Below, in pieces: positions 1-9,340 of a DNA stretch of 32,621 bases. Under the pieces are notes generated by a model. That model saw only the letters and a list, made by a program, of their open reading frames with translations. It did not search any database and was not told where the DNA came from. Location of the stretch: positions 24,732,736-24,765,356 of the forward strand of contig NC_068986.1 in the NCBI RefSeq assembly GCF_001194135.2, in the 5' to 3' direction. Position 1 is the stretch's first letter; the number at the start of each line of letters is the position of its first letter. A program made the translations under genes and the position numbers. The DNA comes from Octopus bimaculoides. Lineage: Eukaryota.

Positions 1-74
<74 letters not shown>
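1..74. repeat. (TAG)n microsatellite
   Basis: Pure TAG triplets from base 1 to about 74. Confidence 0.98.
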
Positions 75-622
75 AATCTGTGTACATTTAACTACACAGG
101 TTTATTTTCTATTTAATATGCGCAGCTAAATTTTGCTAAGGAGATCTCATAGCTGATGGACTGAGGTTGAATAAACAACGACTTGAATAATACCGACATT
201 AAATTTTATGGAATTTAAGTAGAAACAAAGAGCAATTTGGTCTCAGTCTAGCGATTTTTGGTTAGCCATCTTCGTATTAACCTGAAATTAGAGACAGTTT
301 AACGGAAGACATAATAGATTCGAAATCAAGTTATCCCTGGATGGCAGATGGAATGTGATTTATATCTCTCTCTTGATTTCGGATTATATGCCCAAAATAG
401 ATATCTATAGTATAAATCGAGCCTCCGTTATCATGGTTTGAAACGTAAGATCCTTATTCTACCCCGATGATGAAGGTTCAATTTATCCAATGTTTATTTG
501 CTTCCATTACGGGCTGCGTATTTTGGTTAACTACACCTAGCAACATTACGATGGAACTCCGAGACCCCAGAAACTGTCGTTTGTTCTCTGTGTAATTTTG
601 ATCTATTAATGTAAATATCTGT

Positions 623-859
623 GGAGGCGCGTGGCTTAGTGTTTAGGGTGTCAGCATCATGATCGTAAGATTGTGGTTTCGATTCCTGGACCGGGCGACG
701 CGTTGTGTTCTTCAGCAAAACACTTCATTTGACGTTGCTCCAGTCCACTCAGCTGGCAAAAATGAGTAACGCTGCGATGGACTGGCGTCTCGTCCAGCTG
801 GGGAACACATACGCCATAGAAACCGGGAAACCGGACCCATGAGCCTGGCTAGGCTTTAA
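623..859 (+). mobile_element. tRNA-derived SINE (family D head/body, V-domain-like tail), runs to gap
   Basis: A-box-like TGGCTTAGTGT and B-box-like TTTCGATTCC; body TTGTGTTCTTcAGCAAAACACTTCATTTGACGTTGCTCCAGT is shared with the 20573-20903 copy; tail GCGATGGACTGGCGTCTCGTCCAG. Confidence 0.8.
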
Positions 860-1385
860 NNNNNNNNNNNNNNNNNNNNNNNNNNNNNNNNNNNNNNNNN
901 NNNNNNNNNNNNNNNNNNNNNNNNNNNNNNNNNNNNNNNNNNNNNNNNNNNNNNNNNNNNNNNNNNNNNNNNNNNNNNNNNNNNNNNNNNNNNNNNNNNN
1001 NNNNNNNNNNNNNNNNNNNNNNNNNNNNNNNNNNNNNNNNNNNNNNNNNNNNNNNNNNNNNNNNNNNNNNNNNNNNNNNNNNNNNNNNNNNNNNNNNNNN
1101 NNNNNNNNNNNNNNNNNNNNNNNNNNNNNNNNNNNNNNNNNNNNNNNNNNNNNNNNNNNNNNNNNNNNNNNNNNNNNNNNNNNNNNNNNNNNNNNNNNNN
1201 NNNNNNNNNNNNNNNNNNNNNNNNNNNNNNNNNNNNNNNNNNNNNNNNNNNNNNNNNNNNNNNNNNNNNNNNNNNNNNNNNNNNNNNNNNNNNNNNNNNN
1301 NNNNNNNNNNNNNNNNNNNNNNNNNNNNNNNNNNNNNNNNNNNNNNNNNNNNNNNNNNNNNNNNNNNNNNNNNNNNNNNNNNNNN
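860..1385. other. Assembly gap (N run)
   Basis: N bases. Confidence 1.
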
Positions 1386-1445
1386 AACCCTAATCCTAAC
1401 CCTAGGGTTAGGGTTAGGGTTAGGGTTAGGGTTAGGGTTAGGGTT
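1386..1445. repeat. Interstitial telomeric repeat in inverted arrangement: (AACCCT)3 then (AGGGTT)7
   Basis: aaccct aatcct aaccct | agggtt x7, dyad between 1403 and 1404; left arm cut by the gap. Confidence 0.92.
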
Positions 1446-2048
1446 AAAGCAAATTTAAAATGAAAAAAGCAAATAAACCGAAGGTTTGGAGATTAAATAC
1501 GCTTTACACCGCTTAATCAGCCAAAGGAGTAAATGTAAACAACTGAATACTTGTCAGTGATTGGTTGAAATTATCGAAATAAGACAATTTTTTACATGAA
1601 ATAAATTCGAATACAAAAATATTTTTCTGTTCTATAACACAAAATAGATAAGTATACGAAGTTTCAAAGTCTTTCCGTACCAAAAACACTACGTAAAACA
1701 TTAATGAAAAATGTGGCCCCCGTTTTAAAATAGATCCTAAATATCTACATATTTATACTTAAATATTCATTGTCTGAAAATCTTCAGTCTTTGCTTTCTT
1801 TCTGTTTGCATGTATACAAATATGGCCATCTTGTATATCGAACCCAAGCTGTTGTATTTGATTTGTTTATCTGCATAATTCCCTCCATATCTGCTCACCT
1901 CGATTCTTCTTATAGCCACTCTTTACCCTGTGGAACTGGTTCCTCGTGAAGATATCAGAGTCTAAGTTCGAATAATTTGAGCGCTACAATATGTTTTCTA
2001 CATCAAGAATCTCTGGATCTCATCTGTTGACTGTGTGAGTGTGCGTTT

Positions 2049-2050
<2 letters not shown>

Positions 2051-2081
<31 letters not shown>
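2051..2081. repeat. (GT)n microsatellite at gap edge
   Basis: Pure GT run. Confidence 0.95.
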
Positions 2082-2776
2082 NNNNNNNNNNNNNNNNNNN
2101 NNNNNNNNNNNNNNNNNNNNNNNNNNNNNNNNNNNNNNNNNNNNNNNNNNNNNNNNNNNNNNNNNNNNNNNNNNNNNNNNNNNNNNNNNNNNNNNNNNNN
2201 NNNNNNNNNNNNNNNNNNNNNNNNNNNNNNNNNNNNNNNNNNNNNNNNNNNNNNNNNNNNNNNNNNNNNNNNNNNNNNNNNNNNNNNNNNNNNNNNNNNN
2301 NNNNNNNNNNNNNNNNNNNNNNNNNNNNNNNNNNNNNNNNNNNNNNNNNNNNNNNNNNNNNNNNNNNNNNNNNNNNNNNNNNNNNNNNNNNNNNNNNNNN
2401 NNNNNNNNNNNNNNNNNNNNNNNNNNNNNNNNNNNNNNNNNNNNNNNNNNNNNNNNNNNNNNNNNNNNNNNNNNNNNNNNNNNNNNNNNNNNNNNNNNNN
2501 NNNNNNNNNNNNNNNNNNNNNNNNNNNNNNNNNNNNNNNNNNNNNNNNNNNNNNNNNNNNNNNNNNNNNNNNNNNNNNNNNNNNNNNNNNNNNNNNNNNN
2601 NNNNNNNNNNNNNNNNNNNNNNNNNNNNNNNNNNNNNNNNNNNNNNNNNNNNNNNNNNNNNNNNNNNNNNNNNNNNNNNNNNNNNNNNNNNNNNNNNNNN
2701 NNNNNNNNNNNNNNNNNNNNNNNNNNNNNNNNNNNNNNNNNNNNNNNNNNNNNNNNNNNNNNNNNNNNNNNNNNNC
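2082..2776. other. Assembly gap (N run)
   Basis: N bases. Confidence 1.
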
Positions 2777-2938
2777 TGAGTTCAAATTCCACTGAGGTCG
2801 AATTTGCCTTTCATCCGTTCGGGGTCGATAAATTAAGTACCGGTTACACACTGGGGTCGATGTAATCGACTTAATCCCTTTGTTTGTCCTTGTTTGTCCC
2901 CTCTATGTCTAGCCTCTTGTGGGCAATAAAGAAATAAG
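2777..2938 (+). mobile_element. SINE family A, tail-A variant (5' part in gap)
   Basis: CTGAGTTCAAATTCC...GAGGTCGA...GGGGTCGATAAATTAAGTACC body; tail GTCCCCTCTATGTCTAGCCTCTTGTGGGCAATAAAGAAAT matches the 11292-11520 copy. Confidence 0.88.
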
Positions 2939-3140
2939 AAACGTTAGCACGCCGGGCGAAATGCTTAGCGGTATTTCGTCTGTTTTTATGTTCGGAGATC
3001 AAATTCCGACGAGGTCGACTTTGCCTTTCATCCTTTCGGGGTCGATAAATTAAATATTAGTGGCGTATTGGGGTCGATCTAATCGACTGGACCTCTTCCA
3101 AAAAATTTCTGGTGTTGTGCCTAGAGTAAAAGAGAATATT
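2939..3140 (+). mobile_element. SINE family A, tail-B variant
   Basis: AAACGTTAGCACGCCGGGCGAAATGCTTAGCGGTATTTCGTC head; tail AAAAATTTCTGGTGTTGTGCCTAGAGTAAAAGAGAAT resembles the 19611-19827 copy. Confidence 0.88.
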
Positions 3141-3611
3141 TGTGTATCTACTGTAAGACATATTACAAAATTGATGGCGGAATGGATTTGACCCTGATAG
3201 TCCGAGACTCCAGATGTTTAGCAGGCGCTTCATTGTTTGTGTGAAGGTACAATCTTCGTATTTACGTTGCCCTAGCTAAACATAATTCTCACCAGACTAT
3301 CCATCGTGTACATTTAGCTGATATAATCTGGCATACTATCCGGGGCATACGTTGTTGCTCATCTGTCCGCTGACACTAGACAGACGCTAATTAAATCCTG
3401 GTTGAATGATGCCTTCATTTAAATGAATTTATTAACATTTTCTGGCTTAGGGATTTAGTTGAAATAGCGTTGCATGTATAGAACGATTCTCTCTAAATAT
3501 ATATTCAGTAACCTATTGGATGGAATTCAGAAAAAGGAAATTTTCTTGAAAGAAAATCTATTGTTGTTATAATGCAATTATATGTGACGAATGTCAGATG
3601 AAATTAACACG

Positions 3612-3753
3612 CGCACACACACACACACACATACACACATACACACATACACACACACACTCACTCACACACACACACATATGCACACACACACACACAC
3701 ACGCTCACACAGACATATATATACATATAAATACACGCACATACTCACACACG

Positions 3754-3795
<42 letters not shown>
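3612..3795. repeat. Compound (CA)n/(TA)n microsatellite
   Basis: Interrupted CA run followed by TA run. Confidence 0.95.
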
Positions 3796-3797
<2 letters not shown>

Positions 3798-4889
3798 TGA
3801 TAAGTTTGATGACTCATGCATAGATTCAGTGTTGAACAGGATTGATGTAGGTTAGGGATGTCTTTGAAAGTATAACCTTTAACGACATATAACATTGAAG
3901 AAACAGAAATATCGATTCTTAAATAAAAATATCTTCAACGTAATGTATGTGGCGAAATATTAAAGGTCTCTGAGAACTGGAAAAACGAAAAATATACACC
4001 ACTGTGCATTTAAAAGATTCTAAAATAGCGCACGTTCAGATTCTTTTGTTGCAATGTCATAAAAATAAATGAACTTTTCTTAAAACTCAATAGAATTTTG
4101 TTGGTAGCTCCTGTCACAGCAACACTGATCTACATAGCAGAAATAGTAATTTTCAATAGAGTTCTTCCTTCCTTCGCAGACCAACCCTGTATCAATATTG
4201 ATTTCTTCTTCCAGTTCGATTAAGTACAAAACAGTTTTCATTTATTTTTTACTTATTCATTTATTTATTTATTTATCTATTTATTGCAGTATGAGGGTTG
4301 AGCAGTTATTCGACCTCCACTAATATATTAATATTATTCATTTTATTAAGCTCTGAATATTAAAAGAAACATCGGAAATAGTTGATATTTAAAGTCAAAA
4401 TTTATGTTCTTTGAATTAACTAATGAAAAGTGTCTGTTCTACCTTTCTGCGATCGAAATAATTTTCACTATCTGATAGAAATTTGCTTTGAATTAAAGGT
4501 ATCTCTTGACATAAAAGTGTCATAATTTTATGAAAAATTGGATGTCACGAAGTAGGTTCCTAATATATAATTGGAAAAGAGACTGAATAAAACTGAAAGA
4601 CTTCAGTTCAGTTCTTAGTAAAGTGACTACGAATCTATTCAACTATCGAGTTGAATATATTTCATTTTACTTGCATCACTAAGAGAAATCCCTGAGAAAA
4701 AAAGAACATGCATCTTGAGCTTTGACCTTTTTTATTATAGAGAGGTAATATTTATTCCCACTTATTCCCACTTATGCGTGGATGTTCTATTAGAACAAAC
4801 TTTGCGGTGAATACCATGAGAGAAACGTTCATATTTCTCTTTGGTGTAAACTGCACGCTTTTCTATATCGCTAGCAAGGAGATAAATCC

Positions 4890-4980
4890 CCACTACGCCA
4901 TATGCCCGTGGGCATATGGCGTAGTGGTAAAGGGCGCGGGCTACTAACCCCAAGATTCCGAGTTCGATTCCAGGCAGTGA

Positions 4981-5019
<39 letters not shown>

Positions 5020-5176
5020 CAACAACAACATCGAGAAATACCTTAGGGATGAGAACCCAGGTTCGAAATTTCACCCGAGACACCTGATAAAAGTTGGAGG
5101 GTATATCAGCCGAAATGTTGTGTTAGCAACAAGATGAGGACAATTATCCGTCAAATGTAAATAATGTAAATAATGT
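4890..5176 (+). mobile_element. tRNA-headed SINE-like element with 5' fold-back, internal (AAT)n(AAC)n and hammerhead-bearing 3' part
   Basis: A box TGGCGTAGTGG 4917-4927, B box GTTCGATTC 4962-4970, microsatellite 4985-5030, hammerhead fold 5079-5124, terminal 9-bp repeat (AATGTAAAT)x2.5 at 5154-5176, 18-bp inverted repeat 4890-4927. Confidence 0.75.
5079..5124 (+). ncRNA. Degenerate minimal type I hammerhead ribozyme
   Basis: GACAC-CTGATAA-A-AGTTG-gagggtatat-CAGCC-GAAA-TG-TT-GTGTT: stem I GACAC/GTGTT, core CUGANGA with G8A, stem II, GAAA, NUH site after 5119. Confidence 0.65.
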
Positions 5177-5255
5177 GCGTCTTAAAATGGTGGCTATACT
5201 GTTGATAAATTTCTAAAGCATGCTTCGTTTTTAGGTGTATTTGACCTTTATTTTT

Positions 5256-5311
5256 GTCGTGTATTGAATTCCTAATGAATATATAACAAATACTGTACAT
5301 TTGTTTAAATA
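5256..5311 (-). repeat. Truncated copy of the palindromic element at 7017-7110
   Basis: GTCGTGTATTGAATTCCTAATGAATATATAACAAATACTGTACATTTGTTT aligns to the reverse complement of 7024-7103. Confidence 0.7.
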
Positions 5312-5329
5312 ATTAAAAGCTGGGACGCT

Positions 5330-6433
5330 ATCTCTGAGGACTAAAAAGGTAGATAACGTCCATAGAAGAGATAGAGAAGGCATTGAAGCCTATTACGTAC
5401 AAACTATCGTTTGTGAGACGTAGAAGGAAATACGGTACTGTGAAGGCTCAGTTTATAACTGAGAGTGATGTTAGGGTCGATTCAGTAATAACCCTGCACA
5501 CCAAAAAACTGGCTCTTTTGCCGACATACCTCGGAAAAGAACAACAAAAATAACTATAGATGGGTTTGCACCGGAAATTAAACCAACATGGCTCCTGGCA
5601 GCCGCCTTCGCCAACATAAAAGTGGAAGTAACACTTATAAAGTTTCAGAAGAGAAGTGTCCAGAACTGGTGTGGCAAGAGTTTAAAAGCAACGATTCAAG
5701 CCACACCAGAGGAATTGATGATATACCGGAATTCGTTATTCTTCCGGATGAAACGAACTTGAAAGTCACCGTACAGGGTAGAATTCCAAAGTGCTTCGGG
5801 TGCAGACGAAAGGGCACATAACAAAAACGTGTCATCAGACCCTACAATCCGAAGCACAGGGAGAAAGTCAAGAGGGGACCAGCGTGTAACAAGACAGAGT
5901 TGAAGAGGATGTCCCAGGAGAGAAGGAGAAGAAGCAGAAGGAGGTAATGGTGGAGAAAGAGTTGGTCACGATAAAGAAAGACACGCCGTTAGAATCAATA
6001 TCTACAGAGGTAAGTGACAGTGAATGGAAAGTTGCTGGGAAGAAGAGAAAGATGAAAAACACTCGTTCCCTCCCTCGCACAAACAAAAAAATTTTAAGAC
6101 AAGAATATACAAACACGAACACAGAAGAACAAATAACATCAGAGACAAATGAAAACACTCAAAGAGAAAAGATAATATAAAAACTGTAGTGACTTCACAG
6201 ACAACAGCAATCAAGGTAAAAGAGAAAATAATGTTCTGAAAATTTATGTACGTTTTAAAAATGTCCAATGATGTTACCTGGGTCGTGGGACCCGGGTAAT
6301 CATCATTTCCTCTTCCTCACTATATAATCATTAATTTTTCATTCCATATTTACCTCACTTTGTAATGTCCTGTACTGTTCCCTTTTTGTTTAGTCCCACT
6401 GTGGACAGTAAAGAATCAACAATTGATTCCATC
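5330..6433 (+). mobile_element. Decayed ORF1-only (HAL1-like) non-LTR retroelement with gag-type CCHC zinc knuckle
   Basis: Frameshift-stitched reading TSIEEIEKALKPITYKLSFV...LLPTYLGK/RTTKITIDGFAPEIKPTWLL...QATPEE/DDIPEFVILPDETNLKVTVQGRIPKCFGCRRKG/HITKTC (CX2CX4HX4C at 5792-5832), then a K/E-rich C-terminus and a 3' tail ending AGTAAAGAATC; no EN/RT seen in between. Confidence 0.7.
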
Positions 6434-6610
6434 ACGTTTTACGGTTAGTTATATACATTTGTTATCAAAAGTCTATTGTTATTAAATTACTGTTGATTTT
6501 TGTTGCAGGTTTTCCCTTTTGGGACTACCTTTGTTGATAAATTGTTTCAGATCTGTTAGTATCTTGCGACACATCGTCGGGCTTTACGGGCTTGTTGCCT
6601 GTGGTTTTCC

Positions 6611-6743
6611 CATCATTTCATTTTTCTCATTATATAATCATTCATTTTTCATTCGATTTTTACCCCAATTTTTAATACCCTCTACTATGTCCTCTTTGTG
6701 TAGTCTCTTTGTGGTCAATAAAGAATCCATAATTGATTCCATC
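6611..6743 (+). repeat. Second diverged copy of the retroelement 3' tail (duplicate of 6301-6433)
   Basis: CATCATTTC...TATATAATCATT...GTGGTCAATAAAGAATC..AATTGATTCCATC colinear with 6301-6433 at an offset of 310 bp. Confidence 0.8.
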
Positions 6744-7016
6744 GCTACAGGATCACGGTTGATGCTGTTACCCCTTCCCATACGTTTTGTTGTTGGTTGT
6801 GCTTCCGCAAGGGCGAGATAGAAATTCGCTGTTGTTGATCTTTGTTCATATACCCGTGCTTATAAAATAAGCAAATGCTAAAACTTAACAGTGGCGTCGC
6901 CGATAGGGTTTTGATCATTATCTTGTATATTATCTTTTACATCGTCCACGTAAGTCTTTGCTTCGAATGCCATGAGCCAGGTTGAGACGTTTTCGATCAA
7001 TTGTAAGTTTATGTCA

Positions 7017-7110
7017 CCAAAGTGTCGTGTATTGAACTCCTAATGAATATTCAAACAAATGTATAGCATTTGTTATATATTCATTAGGAGTTCAATAAAC
7101 GACATGTTGG
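7017..7110. repeat. Long palindrome / MITE-like hairpin
   Basis: GTCGTGTATTGAACTCCTAATGAATAT (7024-7050) vs ATATTCATTAGGAGTTCAATAAACGAC (7077-7103), 26/27 complementary; inner AACAAATG/CATTTGTT stem. Confidence 0.8.
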
Positions 7111-8194
7111 GTTTCAAATATCGTAGTTACTTTTTACAGGTTGATTATATACTGGAAACCTGATTTCCCGAGATATTAATCAACTCTCAACTTTGTTTCA
7201 CAAGTCAAAACACAACTTAAATGCTGTTTCTCAAAAAATCTTTCAGCTAGAGAGAAAGATTTGCTTGACAGTCAATTTAAATATATACCAAAATGTATTG
7301 AGCTAGAAATATATCCTTTACTCAAATGGAAACCGTCAGGTGTGTAAGAGAGATCTAGGTTTATTATTTATGAATTACGCCCTACTTATCGTTTAGCTTT
7401 CGCGTTAATTATCCATCAAAAAGAGGATCTTTTTATATTTATATATTCAAATATTGGTTTATTTGGACTAACTACAAAAACCCTTCATGTTACGAACGAC
7501 AAAATTGGGTTTTGCGACTGTCATTTGATTTTTGATTGAGCATTAACGACGAAAATAAAATAGCTAAAACCAGAAATTGTCTATTGCACATTAGCAATGT
7601 TACTCGACGAATAAATACCGCTTAATAATAATATATCTTTCTAGAATTTTCTGTCATAAGGTAACCCATATGAGGATAAAAAAAAATAATAATCGATTCG
7701 TTAAAAATACAAAATAAAATAAACGAAAGCCATAAAAAAACTAGGAAAGACAGAAGTAGTGTTGAATCACCATCTCATGTCTGATTAATGGTTTCGTGAA
7801 TTGCTCTGCCAGATGAACTGGAAGATGGCAAAAACAATCTAATTACTTGCGTCAGAATTAAAGCAATAGAAATAACAACAAGAAACAACAACTACAATAG
7901 CAACAATGATAACGACGAAACTATTAAAATGATTAAACGAAAAGTAGAGAATTTGTTGTTTTCATTATCATTATACTGACTTTCGCTATTCCTACCTCAG
8001 TCATTGTTGGTTTCAGTCTCATTTTTTTTTTCGGACATTTTATTTTTTATTTTGTTTTTGTCTTTTCGCTCTTTTTTTTTTTTTTGCAAGAATATCTCAA
8101 TTCTTGATGATGTTAGTCTCATTGATGTCGTTCATAATTATGTTTCTTTATGTTCTTGCTGCTGTTGGTGCTGATCGTAGAATTGGTGTCGTTT

Positions 8195-8572
8195 TTGTTG
8201 TTGTTGGTGGTGGTGGTGGTGGTGGCATGGTCCGTGTTATTTTAACTGTTTTACTTATTTATATTTTTTTAGCGCAAATTGTTCTCCATGATGTTCTGTT
8301 TTGTATTGTTGTTATCTTTTTATATCGTGGTGGTTCATTTATTTTGTTTTGTTTTGTTTTCTATTGGCTCTGATTACAACATTCGTTTTTCGGAAATGGG
8401 AGAAGGAAAAAGAGATTATGATGGCAATGGTGATGATGATTCCGCTGATGACGATGATGGCGACAAGGATGATGATAATGATGATGACGATGGTAGTGAT
8501 AATGCTATTGCTGCTGGTGATGTTAATAGTGTTGGTGGTGATGACAACCACAATGATGACGATCATCATTGT
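8195..8572. repeat. Degenerate trinucleotide low-complexity tracts (GTT/GGT/GAT)
   Basis: (GTT)(GGT) run near 8195-8225 and a GAT/GAC-rich tract at 8415-8572. Confidence 0.85.
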
Positions 8573-8996
8573 TGTACTCGCACGCTTAAGTCGGATAAAG
8601 CAACATTTTTAGATTGATTTCCATTTAATGACAAACAATGTTTTTAGTGTGTTATGTAAGTCATTTACTGAGGAATATAATGCACTACCTGTTCGTGGGA
8701 CTTAATTTCTTAGCATGGGAAACATATATTTGGAACATTCAGTCATGTCACTCAGCTATATATATTCTCTCAATTTCGTTATTTTTCAGTCAGTAACCAT
8801 TCCAATGTTCGGGTAAAGAATTCAAGATACAAAAGGGAAAAGATCACTGCCTAAGGAGATGTCTCGTCTTTATGTGTGTTTTGGACGGACTACAAAGTGA
8901 AACAATGGGATACACATTGCCCGTGTTTATGTTTACGGAAAAGAGCGTCCGTAATCTTACTAGTTCTATGTTTTAGTGTTTTTGGAGCTGTTAAAG

Positions 8997-9000
<4 letters not shown>

Positions 9001-9033
<33 letters not shown>

Positions 9034-9070
9034 NNNNNNNNNNNNNNNNNNNNNNNNNNNNTATATATAT
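9001..9070. repeat. (TA)n microsatellite containing a small gap (9034-9061)
   Basis: TA run either side of Ns. Confidence 0.95.
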
Positions 9071-9292
9071 AGGTTAAGAGCGATTGTGGTGTCAATTAGA
9101 CACAAAGGTTTCAGGTAATGCTAAGTAAGTGCTATGGATAAACCACAGTTAAGCTCCAGGTTCTGTGGTTATGTGAATAAGGGGTCCAACGTAGGTCATA
9201 TATCAGCGTGTGAATATGAGGATTTACTTTTCGCAATGAGATTTAAAAAAAAGCTAAGGCTGTGTATAATATAGAACATTTATAAATAGAAT

Positions 9293-9340
9293 GTCTTACA
9301 GCTGTTTCCAGGATATTTATTATACCCCTTCATCGGAGAC
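9293..9340 (-). ncRNA. Minimal type I hammerhead-like motif (Penelope pLTR-like)
   Basis: Minus strand GTCT-CCGATGA-A-GGGGTAT-aataa-ATATCCT-G-GAAA-CAGCTG-TA-AGAC: stem I GTCT/AGAC, core with U4C, 7-bp stem II, palindromic stem III ACAGCTGT, GUA triplet. Confidence 0.6.

Noticed and set aside
1386-1445. Chromosome end-to-end fusion site or true telomere
   Set aside because: Repeat order is opposite to a fusion scar, the array is only 60 bp and ordinary sequence continues beyond it
1790-2000. Protein-like minus-strand stretch (MEGIMQINKSNTTAWVRYTRWPYLY)
   Set aside because: Interrupted by several stops and no recognisable motif
1998-2865. Long ORFs across the first gaps (also 19966-20392, 26769-27521, 28424-29621)
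   Set aside because: Open only because N runs and dinucleotide repeats contain no stop codons
3591-3855. HTHT/YIYI ORFs (similar at 10522-11026, 12368-12666, 31610-32239)
   Set aside because: Microsatellite translations
4910-4982. Possible stand-alone tRNA with ACT anticodon
   Set aside because: Acceptor and T stems do not pair properly and it is embedded in a repeat with a microsatellite; treated as a SINE head
8104-8617. Asp-rich and Met/Val-rich ORFs
   Set aside because: Translations of degenerate GAT/GTT trinucleotide repeats; no domain signal or splice support
8791-8813. Micro-exon candidate (TTTTTCAG|TCAGTAACCATTCCAATGTTCGG|GTAAAG)
   Set aside because: Splice-like motifs are frequent by chance; no neighbouring exons or transcript evidence
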